Shown here: positions 28,257-36,882 of the stretch, piece after piece
Position numbering within the stretch: the stretch's first letter is position 1
Layout: every line of letters starts with the position of its first letter
Virus record (IMG/VR): IMGVR_UViG_3300025652_000005
Coordinates: 1-53,289 of that record
DNA length: 53,289 bases
Reading direction: 5' to 3' (one strand)
Origin: a virus
Lineage: Duplodnaviria; Caudoviricetes
Notes under the pieces: model-generated
Database searches by the model: none
What the model was told of the DNA's origin: nothing
What the model saw: only the letters and a program-made list of their open reading frames with translations
Program-made: the position numbers and the translations under genes

Positions 28257-29083
28257 TAGTTTTTCTCCGTGGGTCTGAGCATTTCGTATTCGCCGCAAAC
28301 TTCTACGGCCTCTCGGTTCGTTAGTTTGCACGTCCAGCCGCCGTCCTTGTTGGCGAAGCTGTTCGTACAAAAGTGACAGGCGGGAGTAACGTCTGGGATT
28401 TCCCAGCAACTTTTCCTTTTAAAGCACGACTTGCAGTTCCAGCTTTCTGGTTCGGTTGCGCATCGTCCCGCCTGCCCATCAAGCGTAGCTTGTATCTTTA
28501 TGTACATCGTGTCCCATTCTTCTTGATCGAAGAGGACAACTTCAGCGTGATATTGAGAGTTATTTTTACAGTAAGATACAAACAAGCTACGCTCAATTCT
28601 CATCATCGCCATCATCATTTGCATCTGGCGATAATATTTTCTGTGCGAAACCTTCACACCGTACGACACGGTTTTCTTAAAGTTCGCATCGTTCATACTT
28701 TTGATCTCAAGGATCATTGGACCCGTGCCGTCTTCGAAGTCGGCCAGCCCATCCGTGTTACAGACGACATGCCCACCGAGCCATTCCGCTCGGTGTTGCC
28801 TGCCAGTAACTTCGTCTTTTTCGTACACCCGCAAGTTGGCTTTGTTCTTTAGATCGCGAACAACCCAGTCCTCGATCCTGTGCCCAGCAAAGAATATTCT
28901 TTTTAACTGGGGGTCAGGGTCAACGTCTGGAAACCCGCGAAGGCTGAGAGCCATCTGTGCGATGCACTCAGTCCCCGCCATCGACGCCCCGATATAGGCA
29001 CGGGCTACGCCTCGGTCTTCGTTGGCGTAGCCTTCGTCGATGGCATCAATTAGTGCCTGAGCTTGTGGGTGTACTGGGTGCAT
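28256..29083 (-). CDS. Cas4-like PD-(D/E)XK exonuclease with Fe-S/Zn cysteines
   Basis: YIGAS, DGL...LEIKS and Y.QMQ motifs; CKSCFKRKSC cluster. Confidence 0.85.
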   Translation of the reverse strand: MHPVHPQAQALIDAIDEGYANEDRGVARAYIGASMAGTECIAQMALSLRGFPDVDPDPQLKRIFFAGHRIEDWVVRDLKNKANLRVYEKDEVTGRQHRAEWLGGHVVCNTDGLADFEDGTGPMILEIKSMNDANFKKTVSYGVKVSHRKYYRQMQMMMAMMRIERSLFVSYCKNNSQYHAEVVLFDQEEWDTMYIKIQATLDGQAGRCATEPESWNCKSCFKRKSCWEIPDVTPACHFCTNSFANKDGGWTCKLTNREAVEVCGEYEMLRPTEKN

Positions 29084-29533
29084 TTAAAAGGGAATTTCAT
29101 CGTCTAAGGGCGCACTTGAGCCGCTGGTCTGAGCCTTACCACCTGTGGGCGCAAAGTGATAAGATACCTTACTGTTGGTCTTACCGTTGTACTCCTCGGA
29201 TTTGACCATGATACCGACCTTCTTACCCTTGAAGAAGGAAACGCTTGGGGCTTCGTTCCCGTCGCTTCCAAGGATCATAAGGAGCTCTTTCAGTTGCTTC
29301 TTGCCAATCTCTGTCGCAGCAGGCGAGTTGCCGTGAAAGACATAAATCCACTGACGAATACCGCCATCGTTGTTACTATATGATAGTACCAACCGCGCAG
29401 TGTTCTTAGCGTCGTCCCGCTCGACGGACGCATCGGTGATAGTCACCTCATGCTTGCCGATTGGCAGAACTTTATTGCGCGAAACATCGACACCGGACAA
29501 ATCCATGCCCTCTAATCCAAGAAAATCACTCAT
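29084..29533 (-). CDS. Single-stranded DNA-binding protein (DUF669-like)
   Basis: LP.G.H.V.I pattern; acidic DDEIPF C-terminus; next to Sak4. Confidence 0.8.
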   Translation of the reverse strand: MSDFLGLEGMDLSGVDVSRNKVLPIGKHEVTITDASVERDDAKNTARLVLSYSNNDGGIRQWIYVFHGNSPAATEIGKKQLKELLMILGSDGNEAPSVSFFKGKKVGIMVKSEEYNGKTNSKVSYHFAPTGGKAQTSGSSAPLDDEIPF

Positions 29534-30317
29534 TGTTTGTTGCTCCATTTCCATTGTATTTGGCGAACTCTTTGTCGCTCATGTAGATACGTTCGATTAA
29601 ATCAGTGACATCATCGCACTCCTCAAAGGGTGCGAGGCGGCGGTGAGGATCACGGGTCTTGCCGTGCCAGCCATTGACTTGATCTGTCACAAGATAACGA
29701 CGTACGGCCATCTTGCCGTTCTGCTCGGAGGTCTTACGCACCAAGCAAAATACGTTGTCATACAGGGCAGGGATTAGTTTCTGCACCTTCTTCTGAACCA
29801 TCATCGGCCAGTAGTTTGTCGTGCCGTTGTCGTCCGTCTCTTCAGCGGCCAGAGCGGTAATGAGTACGTGCATGTCCAGATCGCGCACCCACTTCAAAGC
29901 AGCGGTAATTTTGCGCTCGTAAAGGCTCCACTTCTCAAAACCGTTCTTCGCGTCAGCGCCAAGCTCGGCTTCGACATCTGCGAAGCACTTCTGAGAAAGC
30001 TCGGTCGCACTATCAATGGCAATCCATTTGTAACCCGCTTCCTTAAACTCTTTGGACATGACAAACTTAGTCAGGTCTCGAAAGCTGTACTCGCCTTCCT
30101 TCGTGGGTCGGTCGAAGGTGGTGAACGGAAGGTAATCGCAAGCGATGTCTGCGATGGACGACAGCCCACTTTCGCCCGATAGGATCAGACCTTTGCCAAA
30201 ACGCTTGGCGTAGTTAGCGCACTGTGTAGTCTTGCCCGAACCGTGCATTCCGTACACCAGCGTCTTGCTGGCTCCGACGACACTAATGTCGTTAGTTTTG
30301 AGTGGAGTAATCTTCAT
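29526..30317 (-). CDS. Sak4-like ssDNA-annealing ATPase (AAA_24)
   Basis: LVYGMHGSGKTT Walker A, IAIDS Walker B, GKTR arginine finger. Confidence 0.85.
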   Translation of the reverse strand: MKITPLKTNDISVVGASKTLVYGMHGSGKTTQCANYAKRFGKGLILSGESGLSSIADIACDYLPFTTFDRPTKEGEYSFRDLTKFVMSKEFKEAGYKWIAIDSATELSQKCFADVEAELGADAKNGFEKWSLYERKITAALKWVRDLDMHVLITALAAEETDDNGTTNYWPMMVQKKVQKLIPALYDNVFCLVRKTSEQNGKMAVRRYLVTDQVNGWHGKTRDPHRRLAPFEECDDVTDLIERIYMSDKEFAKYNGNGATNNE

Positions 30318-30736
30318 GATTGAACCTTTATAGTTGGTGCGCCACATCCGATTGTGAGCGCTTTTTTCAAAACTTCCTGCACGTCAAGCGGCGCAGCATC
30401 TAACTTCTTGCGATCAACTGTGAAGGACTGTGAGACGCAATCGGGCAGGCCGCTTGCTTCGTACGTATCTTTCAACAACTTTTTGTCCCAAACAAATTTC
30501 TCAGGAATACGGACGACAAGTGTACGACCATCCTCCATTTCAATAGCGAACTCGCCCACTTCTTCGGGTAAGTCTGCGACCAAAATTTCTTTGATATAAT
30601 CCAATGAGACCTTCGCGACATCAAGTTTCGCAAGGCAATCAGCGTATTGCTGTGCGGCTTGTTTTAATCTTGCTGATTTTGGGGGCTGCGGAGCCGGGAG
30701 CCAAATGTCTCCGAATATTAGGCCGTCTTCCTTCAT
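30314..30736 (-). CDS. Hypothetical protein of the recombination operon
   Basis: AAGGA SD; ATGA-coupled to Sak4. Confidence 0.7.
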   Translation of the reverse strand: MKEDGLIFGDIWLPAPQPPKSARLKQAAQQYADCLAKLDVAKVSLDYIKEILVADLPEEVGEFAIEMEDGRTLVVRIPEKFVWDKKLLKDTYEASGLPDCVSQSFTVDRKKLDAAPLDVQEVLKKALTIGCGAPTIKVQS

Positions 30737-30828
30737 GAGATTGTCCTTTGAGATTAAATTTTAAAACATAAGTTGTGCCTGAGTATCGTATATGTTACGC
30801 CGTTAGTTGTTGCAAGAGGAAAAAAACA
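30737..30828. promoter_or_regulatory. Divergent promoter region with operator-like AACATAAGTTGTGC
   Basis: AT-rich gap between divergent operons; the 14-mer is identical to 33276-33289. Confidence 0.55.
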
Positions 30829-31113
30829 ATGGGCTTCAAAATAAAAGAACTAATTGACGATCTCGGCGGCGCGCCATCTTTGGCTAAGAAGCTGAATGTG
30901 TGCCGTACAATTCCGTACGGTTGGATACGTCGCGACTTCATTTCCTCCACTTATCTTTCACAAATCAAAGAGGTCTGGCCGTTGGTCGATCTCAACTCAT
31001 ACTTCAAATCGGAGAAGATCAATGAAGACGACCTTAGAGGAAGCACTGGAATTACTAGATCGCGGTTGGGCAGTGATACCCATACTAGCGGAGACGAAGA
31101 GACCAGCAGTTAA
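30829..31113 (+). CDS. Cro/YdaS-like HTH regulator
   Basis: IDDLGGAPSLAKKLNVCRTIPYGW HTH; GAGGA SD. Confidence 0.75.
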   Translation: MGFKIKELIDDLGGAPSLAKKLNVCRTIPYGWIRRDFISSTYLSQIKEVWPLVDLNSYFKSEKINEDDLRGSTGITRSRLGSDTHTSGDEETSS

Positions 31114-32965
31114 GTGGGGCCACTACTGCGATGAGCTAAAGCTACCCACAGAAGATGAAGTAATAGAGTGGTTCGAGCGCTGGCCCGAAGCAAGCATTGC
31201 TGTAATCACTGGCCCTTTGTCTGGGCTGGTGATTGTAGACTGTGATAACGAGGACGCCTTGGATGAAGCCACACGGCTGGGCATGACCAAGACACCCATT
31301 AAAGTACGTACAAAAAAAGGCTGGCACTTTTACTTTAAGTTCCCGAAAGGTTCCGAGTGGATAAAAAACAGGGTAGGGGGCGACGGCAATGATGTAGACT
31401 GGCCGCGTTGCGACGGTCTGGATTTGCGTGGCTCCAAAGGATACGCCGTTGCTCCACCGTCAAAGAATTACCAGTGGGTAATAACCGAGGGAGCAGATTT
31501 AGATGATCTTCCGATCTACACGCCACCGAAAATAACCCCATTAGTACGTGCTAATAATGTCGTTAATCTGAACGAGTGGAAATTTGAGGGCATGTCGCTC
31601 GCAGATGTTAAGTTATCGCAGCCCATATGGGATCGTACGAAAGAACTTGTTGATCGCATTGGTAAGCTGCCAGAGGGCGGGGGCAACGGTAGAGATGATC
31701 GCTTGTACAAGTATATCTCTTCTCTTGCGGGTCAGGGGCTTGGCATCGAAGGTCTCACGTCAGGTGCCTTAGAGTTTATGGAAGCATTCTTTCAAAGCAA
31801 TGTGGAGCAAGGCAAGGTTGCTCAGATGTGTGAACGTGCTCTTGAGAATGAAATCCGCAAGGGTAATCTCCCTATGGACCTAGAGCCAGAAGAGGAAGAG
31901 AAGCCACGCAAGTACAAGCCAATCACGACCGCCGACCTTGATGACTTACGTGAGTACGTAGCGGGTATGGAGTTCTATATTGACCCTATAGTCCCCACCA
32001 AAGGTACTATACTTCAAGTTTTCGGGTACTCAGGCCACGGCAAGTCTATGTTCGTACGCCACCTGTTATATGCAGCAGCCGCAGGACAGCACAGGTTCGG
32101 CCCTTTCGATCTTGGTCAGAAGTCTCGCGTTCTCTACTTCGATTTCGAGAACAGCCGTGCAAACGTCGCGAACTTTCTTGATCGCAGCAAGCGCTCGTTC
32201 GGTGATGCGGGTGACAACTTCATGATTTGGGCACCGTTCAATGACGAGCACAGCATGAACCTGATGACGGAAGAGGGCGTACGAAACTTCCAAGCATGGA
32301 TTAAAGCAGTACGCCCGACCCATGTTGTGATCGATACGATCAGGTCAGCGTTTCCAGGTCTGCAAGAAAACAGCGCCGAGCAATGGAGCCACATCAACCA
32401 GCTTTGCTTAAAGATGCGTAACGCTGGGTTGGCGGTTTGGCTACTGCACCACAGCAACAAGCCGAGTGAGGGCACAGCTTCGGGTCGTGAGGCGGGTAGT
32501 TCAAACCAGCTTACCGTACTTGAGACCCAGATAAAAATAACGCAAGTGTTCTGGGATAAAGAGACAGCCGAGGTGAAGGCTGGTTTGTTTGAGGGCGACA
32601 TTCCCAACTCACCGTTCCACTCCCTGTCGTCCAAACCCGCGCTCGATGACAACGAACGGCTGGACGTGATGATGCAAGTGCGGTTCGGTAAGGTGAGGGA
32701 GTGGTCAGATGCACACGAACCATTTTATAATATGGCGTTCGCATCCAATATGGACGACGACACCGTTCGTATAGTAAGCGGCAAGACATCCAAGCAGCGA
32801 GCCATAACCTTCGCGCAGCAGTGGACAGACGCGCATGGTGTCACGCGCCCAGCGCTATCTGATGTTGAGATTTCGCAGCGGGTAGGGCGTCCGGTCAGTA
32901 CGGTTGCTGAGTGGACACACAAGTATCGCGAAGAAATGCCCAGCTACATAGCCAACGCTCAATAA
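31022..32965 (+). CDS. Bifunctional primase-polymerase (Prim-Pol) fused to RepA-like AAA_25 helicase
   Basis: GWAVIP, LVIVDCD, GWHFYF and DLRG..GY.VAPPS motifs; GYSGHGKS Walker A, VVIDT Walker B, HHSNK; GGAG SD. Confidence 0.9.
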   Translation: MKTTLEEALELLDRGWAVIPILAETKRPAVKWGHYCDELKLPTEDEVIEWFERWPEASIAVITGPLSGLVIVDCDNEDALDEATRLGMTKTPIKVRTKKGWHFYFKFPKGSEWIKNRVGGDGNDVDWPRCDGLDLRGSKGYAVAPPSKNYQWVITEGADLDDLPIYTPPKITPLVRANNVVNLNEWKFEGMSLADVKLSQPIWDRTKELVDRIGKLPEGGGNGRDDRLYKYISSLAGQGLGIEGLTSGALEFMEAFFQSNVEQGKVAQMCERALENEIRKGNLPMDLEPEEEEKPRKYKPITTADLDDLREYVAGMEFYIDPIVPTKGTILQVFGYSGHGKSMFVRHLLYAAAAGQHRFGPFDLGQKSRVLYFDFENSRANVANFLDRSKRSFGDAGDNFMIWAPFNDEHSMNLMTEEGVRNFQAWIKAVRPTHVVIDTIRSAFPGLQENSAEQWSHINQLCLKMRNAGLAVWLLHHSNKPSEGTASGREAGSSNQLTVLETQIKITQVFWDKETAEVKAGLFEGDIPNSPFHSLSSKPALDDNERLDVMMQVRFGKVREWSDAHEPFYNMAFASNMDDDTVRIVSGKTSKQRAITFAQQWTDAHGVTRPALSDVEISQRVGRPVSTVAEWTHKYREEMPSYIANAQ

Positions 32966-33003
32966 AAAAACCCGCGCGTGAGTTGATACCTCGACGCGCG
33001 GGA
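32964..33003 (-). terminator. Rho-independent terminator with its U-tract on the minus strand
   Basis: CCCGCGCGT...ACGCGCGGG stem with an A7 run on its left side. Confidence 0.65.
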
Positions 33004-33060
33004 GTTCGTTGTAACAGTGGTATGCAGTGAACAGCCAATGTCGGAAAGTACAACACCTTT

Positions 33061-33300
33061 AGTTTACAAAAGTTGTGCGTACAAAATCAAGAAGAATGTT
33101 AAAAAATATACCGTACCGGAACCGATAAAATCGTGCCTACAGTTTCACGTTTCCCTCGTTCACACCAATTCACGGAGTGAATAGGTGTTCACTTAGTCGC
33201 CTACAGTAAACTCGATTTTATCGTCTTCGTACGAAAAGTCAATACGTACAGCACAACTTTACGAAACTTTTTTACAACATAAGTTGTGCTATAGTTGTGA
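33061..33300. other. Nested palindromic non-coding region, putative replication origin
   Basis: Nested inverted repeats centred near 33174, directly downstream of PrimPol-helicase. Confidence 0.55.
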
Positions 33301-33336
33301 CCGTGTTAGATACGCTACATCAACGCACGGTGCAGC

Positions 33337-33687
33337 ATGTCTAGTAGGATAAAGATGACCGAGGACGACGTATCATGGCTTAATAATAACCATGAATTGT
33401 ACAGTCACCGAGAGATCGCGGAGCGCTTCGGAGTTTGCGTCGATACCGCGAAGAGAATTTTGATGCGATTAAATTTACAGTATTTCCCAGGCGCGAAATA
33501 CCAGACAAGGCCACTGCCAAAGATGTGGAACAGAGCGTGCATAACGTGTGGAGACACAAAGGATCGGGCAAGTGGACAGTATAAGTGCGACGGTTGCACC
33601 GAGCGCGAGCTAGAAGCGCAACGGTCTCGCGGCATGTTCGAAGAGATAGAACGAAGACAACCAGCAAAATTGGAGATACCGTTTTAA
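33337..33687 (+). CDS. HTH plus Zn-ribbon regulator (GcrA-like N-terminus); candidate late activator
   Basis: SHREIAERFGVCVDTAKRILMRLNL HTH; CxxC...CxxC. Confidence 0.6.
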   Translation: MSSRIKMTEDDVSWLNNNHELYSHREIAERFGVCVDTAKRILMRLNLQYFPGAKYQTRPLPKMWNRACITCGDTKDRASGQYKCDGCTERELEAQRSRGMFEEIERRQPAKLEIPF

Positions 33688-34085
33688 TGGGCAACCCTCA
33701 GAAGGCCAAAGGCGACAAGTACGAAGTTGACTTAGCACACTACTTTAATGACAACGTGTTCATGGAAGAGCGTTGCCAGCGAGCGCCGCTATCTGGCGGA
33801 GGCAAGATCGGTCTTCACGCGGGTGGCGCTGACCTTCTGGGTACGCCGCTCGTTTTCGTCGAAGCCAAGCGGGTTGAGCGTCTCAACGTACGCGACGCAA
33901 TGCGACAGGCCGAACGCAACATCCAACAAACCAGATCGCCGGAAGCGCCCGTAGTCATAACCAGACGTAACCTTGAAGCACTTCAAGATAGTCTCGTAGT
34001 TATGCGCCTCAAAGACTGGAAAGAAATGTACATCGCTTCGCTTGAGAAATCTGCGTTCTTAAAACCGGACGACACAACTGGGTAG
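33687..34085 (+). CDS. Holliday junction resolvase (PD-(D/E)XK type)
   Basis: K.KG..YE, GADL and VEAKR motifs; TAATG coupling. Confidence 0.8.
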   Translation: MGNPQKAKGDKYEVDLAHYFNDNVFMEERCQRAPLSGGGKIGLHAGGADLLGTPLVFVEAKRVERLNVRDAMRQAERNIQQTRSPEAPVVITRRNLEALQDSLVVMRLKDWKEMYIASLEKSAFLKPDDTTG

Positions 34086-34098
34086 AAATACTACAAGT
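34067..34098 (+). promoter_or_regulatory. Putative late promoter (GGACGAC-N18-TACAAG)
   Basis: Motif at the end of the resolvase gene, upstream of 34154. Confidence 0.45.
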
Positions 34099-34153
34099 AA
34101 TACTCAAACCTAAAATCAGCGTCACCACTTACTATCTTAAAGGAACTGGTGAG

Positions 34154-34330
34154 ATGCTCTGCGTTTTAGTGTTCGTAGGTTTCGGACATACCTTCATCAG
34201 CGGCGCGGGCAACGTGCTGTACAAAAACTGTTACTACGATTGCGGCGGCAAAAAGAACGGATCATTTTATGATCGGGCCTACACTGTCAGTCCCTCCTAT
34301 TCGTGCCCGAACAAGTTTGCGAAGACATGA
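34154..34330 (+). CDS. Small Cys-rich protein (58 aa, MLCVLVFVGFG...CYYDC...CP)
   Basis: Read from the sequence; AAGGA SD; ATGA-coupled to the next gene. Confidence 0.65.
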   Translation: MLCVLVFVGFGHTFISGAGNVLYKNCYYDCGGKKNGSFYDRAYTVSPSYSCPNKFAKT

Positions 34331-34788
34331 TAGAAGTTCTCGCACTGGCAAGCGCCGTCAGCACAATCTCGTCTTCCATTTCAAGTGCTGTCCAAGCGGG
34401 CAAAGACGTAGGCTCTATGCTGCCTGCATTTGGCAAGCTCGCCAAGTTGGAAGCTGACATAAATCTTGCAGAGAAGGGCCGACACAAAGGACCATTAGGT
34501 CGCCTGACTTCAACAGAAGAAGAAGGGTTCGCTATTGCCTCCGCGCGCATGAAGCACAAGGAGGCTATGGATAATCTAAGGTCTATTTGCCAGCTATATG
34601 GCCCACCAAATATGTGGGCAACCGTTGTACGCGAGCAGGCCGCAGCGCGCGTAAGGCGCAAAGATTTTCTCGAAGCTCAGGCCGCAAAGCGCGACAAGAT
34701 TTTCTGGGTATGCTCTGTTATCTTGGGTGTATTGTTCTTCGCCGCAGGCGCGGGCGCATTGCTTTATGGCGCAAGTTTACTCGCTTAA
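34327..34788 (+). CDS. Membrane-anchored hypothetical protein
   Basis: C-terminal transmembrane helix IFWVCSVILGVLFF. Confidence 0.7.
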   Translation: MIEVLALASAVSTISSSISSAVQAGKDVGSMLPAFGKLAKLEADINLAEKGRHKGPLGRLTSTEEEGFAIASARMKHKEAMDNLRSICQLYGPPNMWATVVREQAAARVRRKDFLEAQAAKRDKIFWVCSVILGVLFFAAGAGALLYGASLLA

Positions 34789-34859
34789 TTAATTTTGTAT
34801 CCTAAGTCGGGGCAGCTCCGCTGGGGCTGCGCTGCCGCGTCGAAATGTACGCATGTCAA

Positions 34860-34891
34860 GGACGACTGCCCCATGGGTGCTGTGTACATAT
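34860..34891 (+). promoter_or_regulatory. Putative late promoter for the lysis cassette (GGACGAC-N18-TACATA)
   Basis: Motif upstream of 34925. Confidence 0.55.
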
Positions 34892-34924
34892 GGTTGAAGT
34901 AATAATAAAATCGGCGGCCTTGCT

Positions 34925-35194
34925 ATGAACGAACATATTTACACGCTCATCATAGCTCTCGCTGGCTCCGCCGGGTTCTGGTCATTCATGGCTCTCCGAG
35001 AGAAGAACAAAGGAAATCCAGCAAGCGAGTACAGTACCACATTGAAAAGCCAGATTGACGGCCTCGCGAAACGTCTCGACGCGAAGGATTTAAAGATCGA
35101 ACAACTTCTCGGAGAGATCGCTAACCTACGTTCCGATCTCTCAGCCGCAAAGGTAAACATTTTGCACTTGGAAACTTTGCTGAGATCAAAGTGA
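34925..35194 (+). CDS. Putative holin/membrane protein
   Basis: N-terminal TM segment then coiled coil; first gene of the lysis cassette. Confidence 0.5.
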   Translation: MNEHIYTLIIALAGSAGFWSFMALREKNKGNPASEYSTTLKSQIDGLAKRLDAKDLKIEQLLGEIANLRSDLSAAKVNILHLETLLRSK

Positions 35195-35592
35195 ATGAGA
35201 CTTCAACTACATCTATCGGACGAGCGGGCGAGTTCTTCGCCTCATCCATCCTCCAAACTTACGGCATCCACACCGTTCATGTGGCAATCCCCGACGACGA
35301 TCTGTGGTGCCTCTCGCCGGACGGCAGGATGCTTCGCGTACAAGTAAAGGCCACAATGTCTACGCATGTAGATCGACCGGGATCAGGATCGGACCTCCCC
35401 ATCTATCGCTTCCGAACGGGACGACACAAGAACCGCTACCACGGTATATACATATTCGTAGCGCTCGACGTGAGGCTCTGCAAAGCAATGCGATGGTCTG
35501 AGCGTAGTCCACCCCTATCAATAAGATTTGTGGCCTCCGAGTTCACGCCGGAAGACGAAAGCGAAAGTATCAGGAGGGAATTTCTAAAATGA
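35191..35592 (+). CDS. PD-(D/E)XK endonuclease
   Basis: GRAGEF...DL...RVQVKAT motif. Confidence 0.7.
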   Translation: MNETSTTSIGRAGEFFASSILQTYGIHTVHVAIPDDDLWCLSPDGRMLRVQVKATMSTHVDRPGSGSDLPIYRFRTGRHKNRYHGIYIFVALDVRLCKAMRWSERSPPLSIRFVASEFTPEDESESIRREFLK

Positions 35593-36257
35593 GAAAAATA
35601 AAAAAGATCATTGTCCACTGCTCCGCCACACGTAAAGATTGGATGGCTAAAAACTCACCCTCCGAGCAGCTACAGGAAATTCGTAAGTGGCACGTAGATG
35701 TCAACGGATGGTCCGACATCGGCTACCATGCGTACATCTCTCGTACGGGCGACGTTCTCCAGGCTAGACCGATTGAAATCCAGGGCGCTCACACAAAAGG
35801 TCACAACGCTGACAGCATTGGCGTATGCCTAGCAGGCGGCTTCGGCTCCAGCTCAGAGGACCGCGCAGTAGACCACTACACACCCGAACAGCTCGCCGCC
35901 CTCTGGAAGTTCATCAAGGACGCACGCGATATGTACGGCGACGCCATCAGCGTACACGGCCACAACGAGTACGCCAACAAAGCGTGCCCTGGCTTCCCGG
36001 TCGCACGCTGGATGGCGGGCCAGTCAATCCAAGACGCCCGCCCAAAGTCAGCACCGCGCGTAAAGGCTACGCAATCCAAGACAGTCAAAGCCTCTGGCGT
36101 ATCTATAGCCGCCTCGATGGGTAGCGCTGGCGCTATGCTTTCCGGCCTTGGCGACATCGCTCAGTATATTGTTCTGGGTTTCGCAGGCGTATCGGTTTTG
36201 CTGGGCATCTTTATCATGCGCGAGCGCATCAAGTCTTGGACACAGGGCTGGCACTGA
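35589..36257 (+). CDS. Endolysin: N-acetylmuramoyl-L-alanine amidase (T7-lysozyme-like) with C-terminal TM region
   Basis: IIVHCSAT, GWSDIGYH, GAH..G.N..SIG and GH.E...KACPG motifs. Confidence 0.92.
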   Translation: MRKIKKIIVHCSATRKDWMAKNSPSEQLQEIRKWHVDVNGWSDIGYHAYISRTGDVLQARPIEIQGAHTKGHNADSIGVCLAGGFGSSSEDRAVDHYTPEQLAALWKFIKDARDMYGDAISVHGHNEYANKACPGFPVARWMAGQSIQDARPKSAPRVKATQSKTVKASGVSIAASMGSAGAMLSGLGDIAQYIVLGFAGVSVLLGIFIMRERIKSWTQGWH

Positions 36258-36499
36258 TGATCTTTTTACCAGCTAAACTAAAACTGTACGGCCTCATCGT
36301 CGCGGCATTCGCCCTCGGCCTGCTCGGCATCTACTCAGCAGGCATCGCGCGTGGTCAAGATAAAATCAAGCGTAAGCTCGACGCAAAACTAATCGACGGT
36401 CTGCGCACAAGACAGGACATATCAGATGAACTCAATCAAATGGACGACACTTCTCTTGCTGACCGCGCTTCTGAGTTCGTGCGCGACGATAAAGGGTGA
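36257..36499 (+). CDS. Inner-membrane spanin (Rz-like)
   Basis: N-terminal TM helix plus helical tail; TGATG coupling. Confidence 0.65.
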   Translation: MIFLPAKLKLYGLIVAAFALGLLGIYSAGIARGQDKIKRKLDAKLIDGLRTRQDISDELNQMDDTSLADRASEFVRDDKG

Positions 36500-36641
36500 C
36501 AGCTACTGTGACCTGACTTCAAGTATAATGTTTGATAAAAAAGATACGGTCGATCACCTACTCGCAAATGACCGCAACTTACTCAAAGATATTGTCGCTC
36601 ATAATGAGTTGCGCAAAGCTACATGCTCTGACAACCAATGA
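36426..36641 (+). CDS. Outer-membrane spanin lipoprotein (Rz1-like)
   Basis: Lipobox LSSC; overlaps the i-spanin in another frame. Confidence 0.7.
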   Translation: MNSIKWTTLLLLTALLSSCATIKGDSYCDLTSSIMFDKKDTVDHLLANDRNLLKDIVAHNELRKATCSDNQ

Positions 36642-36720
36642 ATGTATCCTTGACGATACAGTTATAAAGTATATGGTCGCTGTTATGGCGTTATTAAATA
36701 TCGTTTTTAGGATGAGACAC

Positions 36721-36751
36721 ATAAACTAAATTAAAACTAAATTAAACTAAA
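36721..36751 (+). repeat. AT-rich AAACTAAA(TT) tandem repeat x3
   Basis: ataaactaaattaaaactaaattaaactaaa. Confidence 0.75.
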
Positions 36752-36882
36752 GCATACTAATGGAGACAACTCCCTTGACACAAGTGTATCGTAACCACTA
36801 CAACAGTGAGATCGGCAATCCTGCCGCCCATCAGCCTGATGTTGGTGGAACTAACTATACTAATCAAATGGAGACATCCGTT

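Noticed and set aside
28256-29083. CRISPR-Cas system
   Set aside because: Solo Cas4-like nuclease in a Sak4/SSB recombination operon; no cas1/cas2 and no repeat-spacer array seen.
30775-31021. Upstream starts at 30775 and 30896 from the ORF track
   Set aside because: SD sites and domain boundaries support 30829 (Cro-like) and 31022 (PrimPol).
36532-36882. ORF 36532..36729 and the N-terminal extension of LuxR from 36760
   Set aside because: Region is AT-rich with promoter motifs and repeats; the best SD is before 36883.
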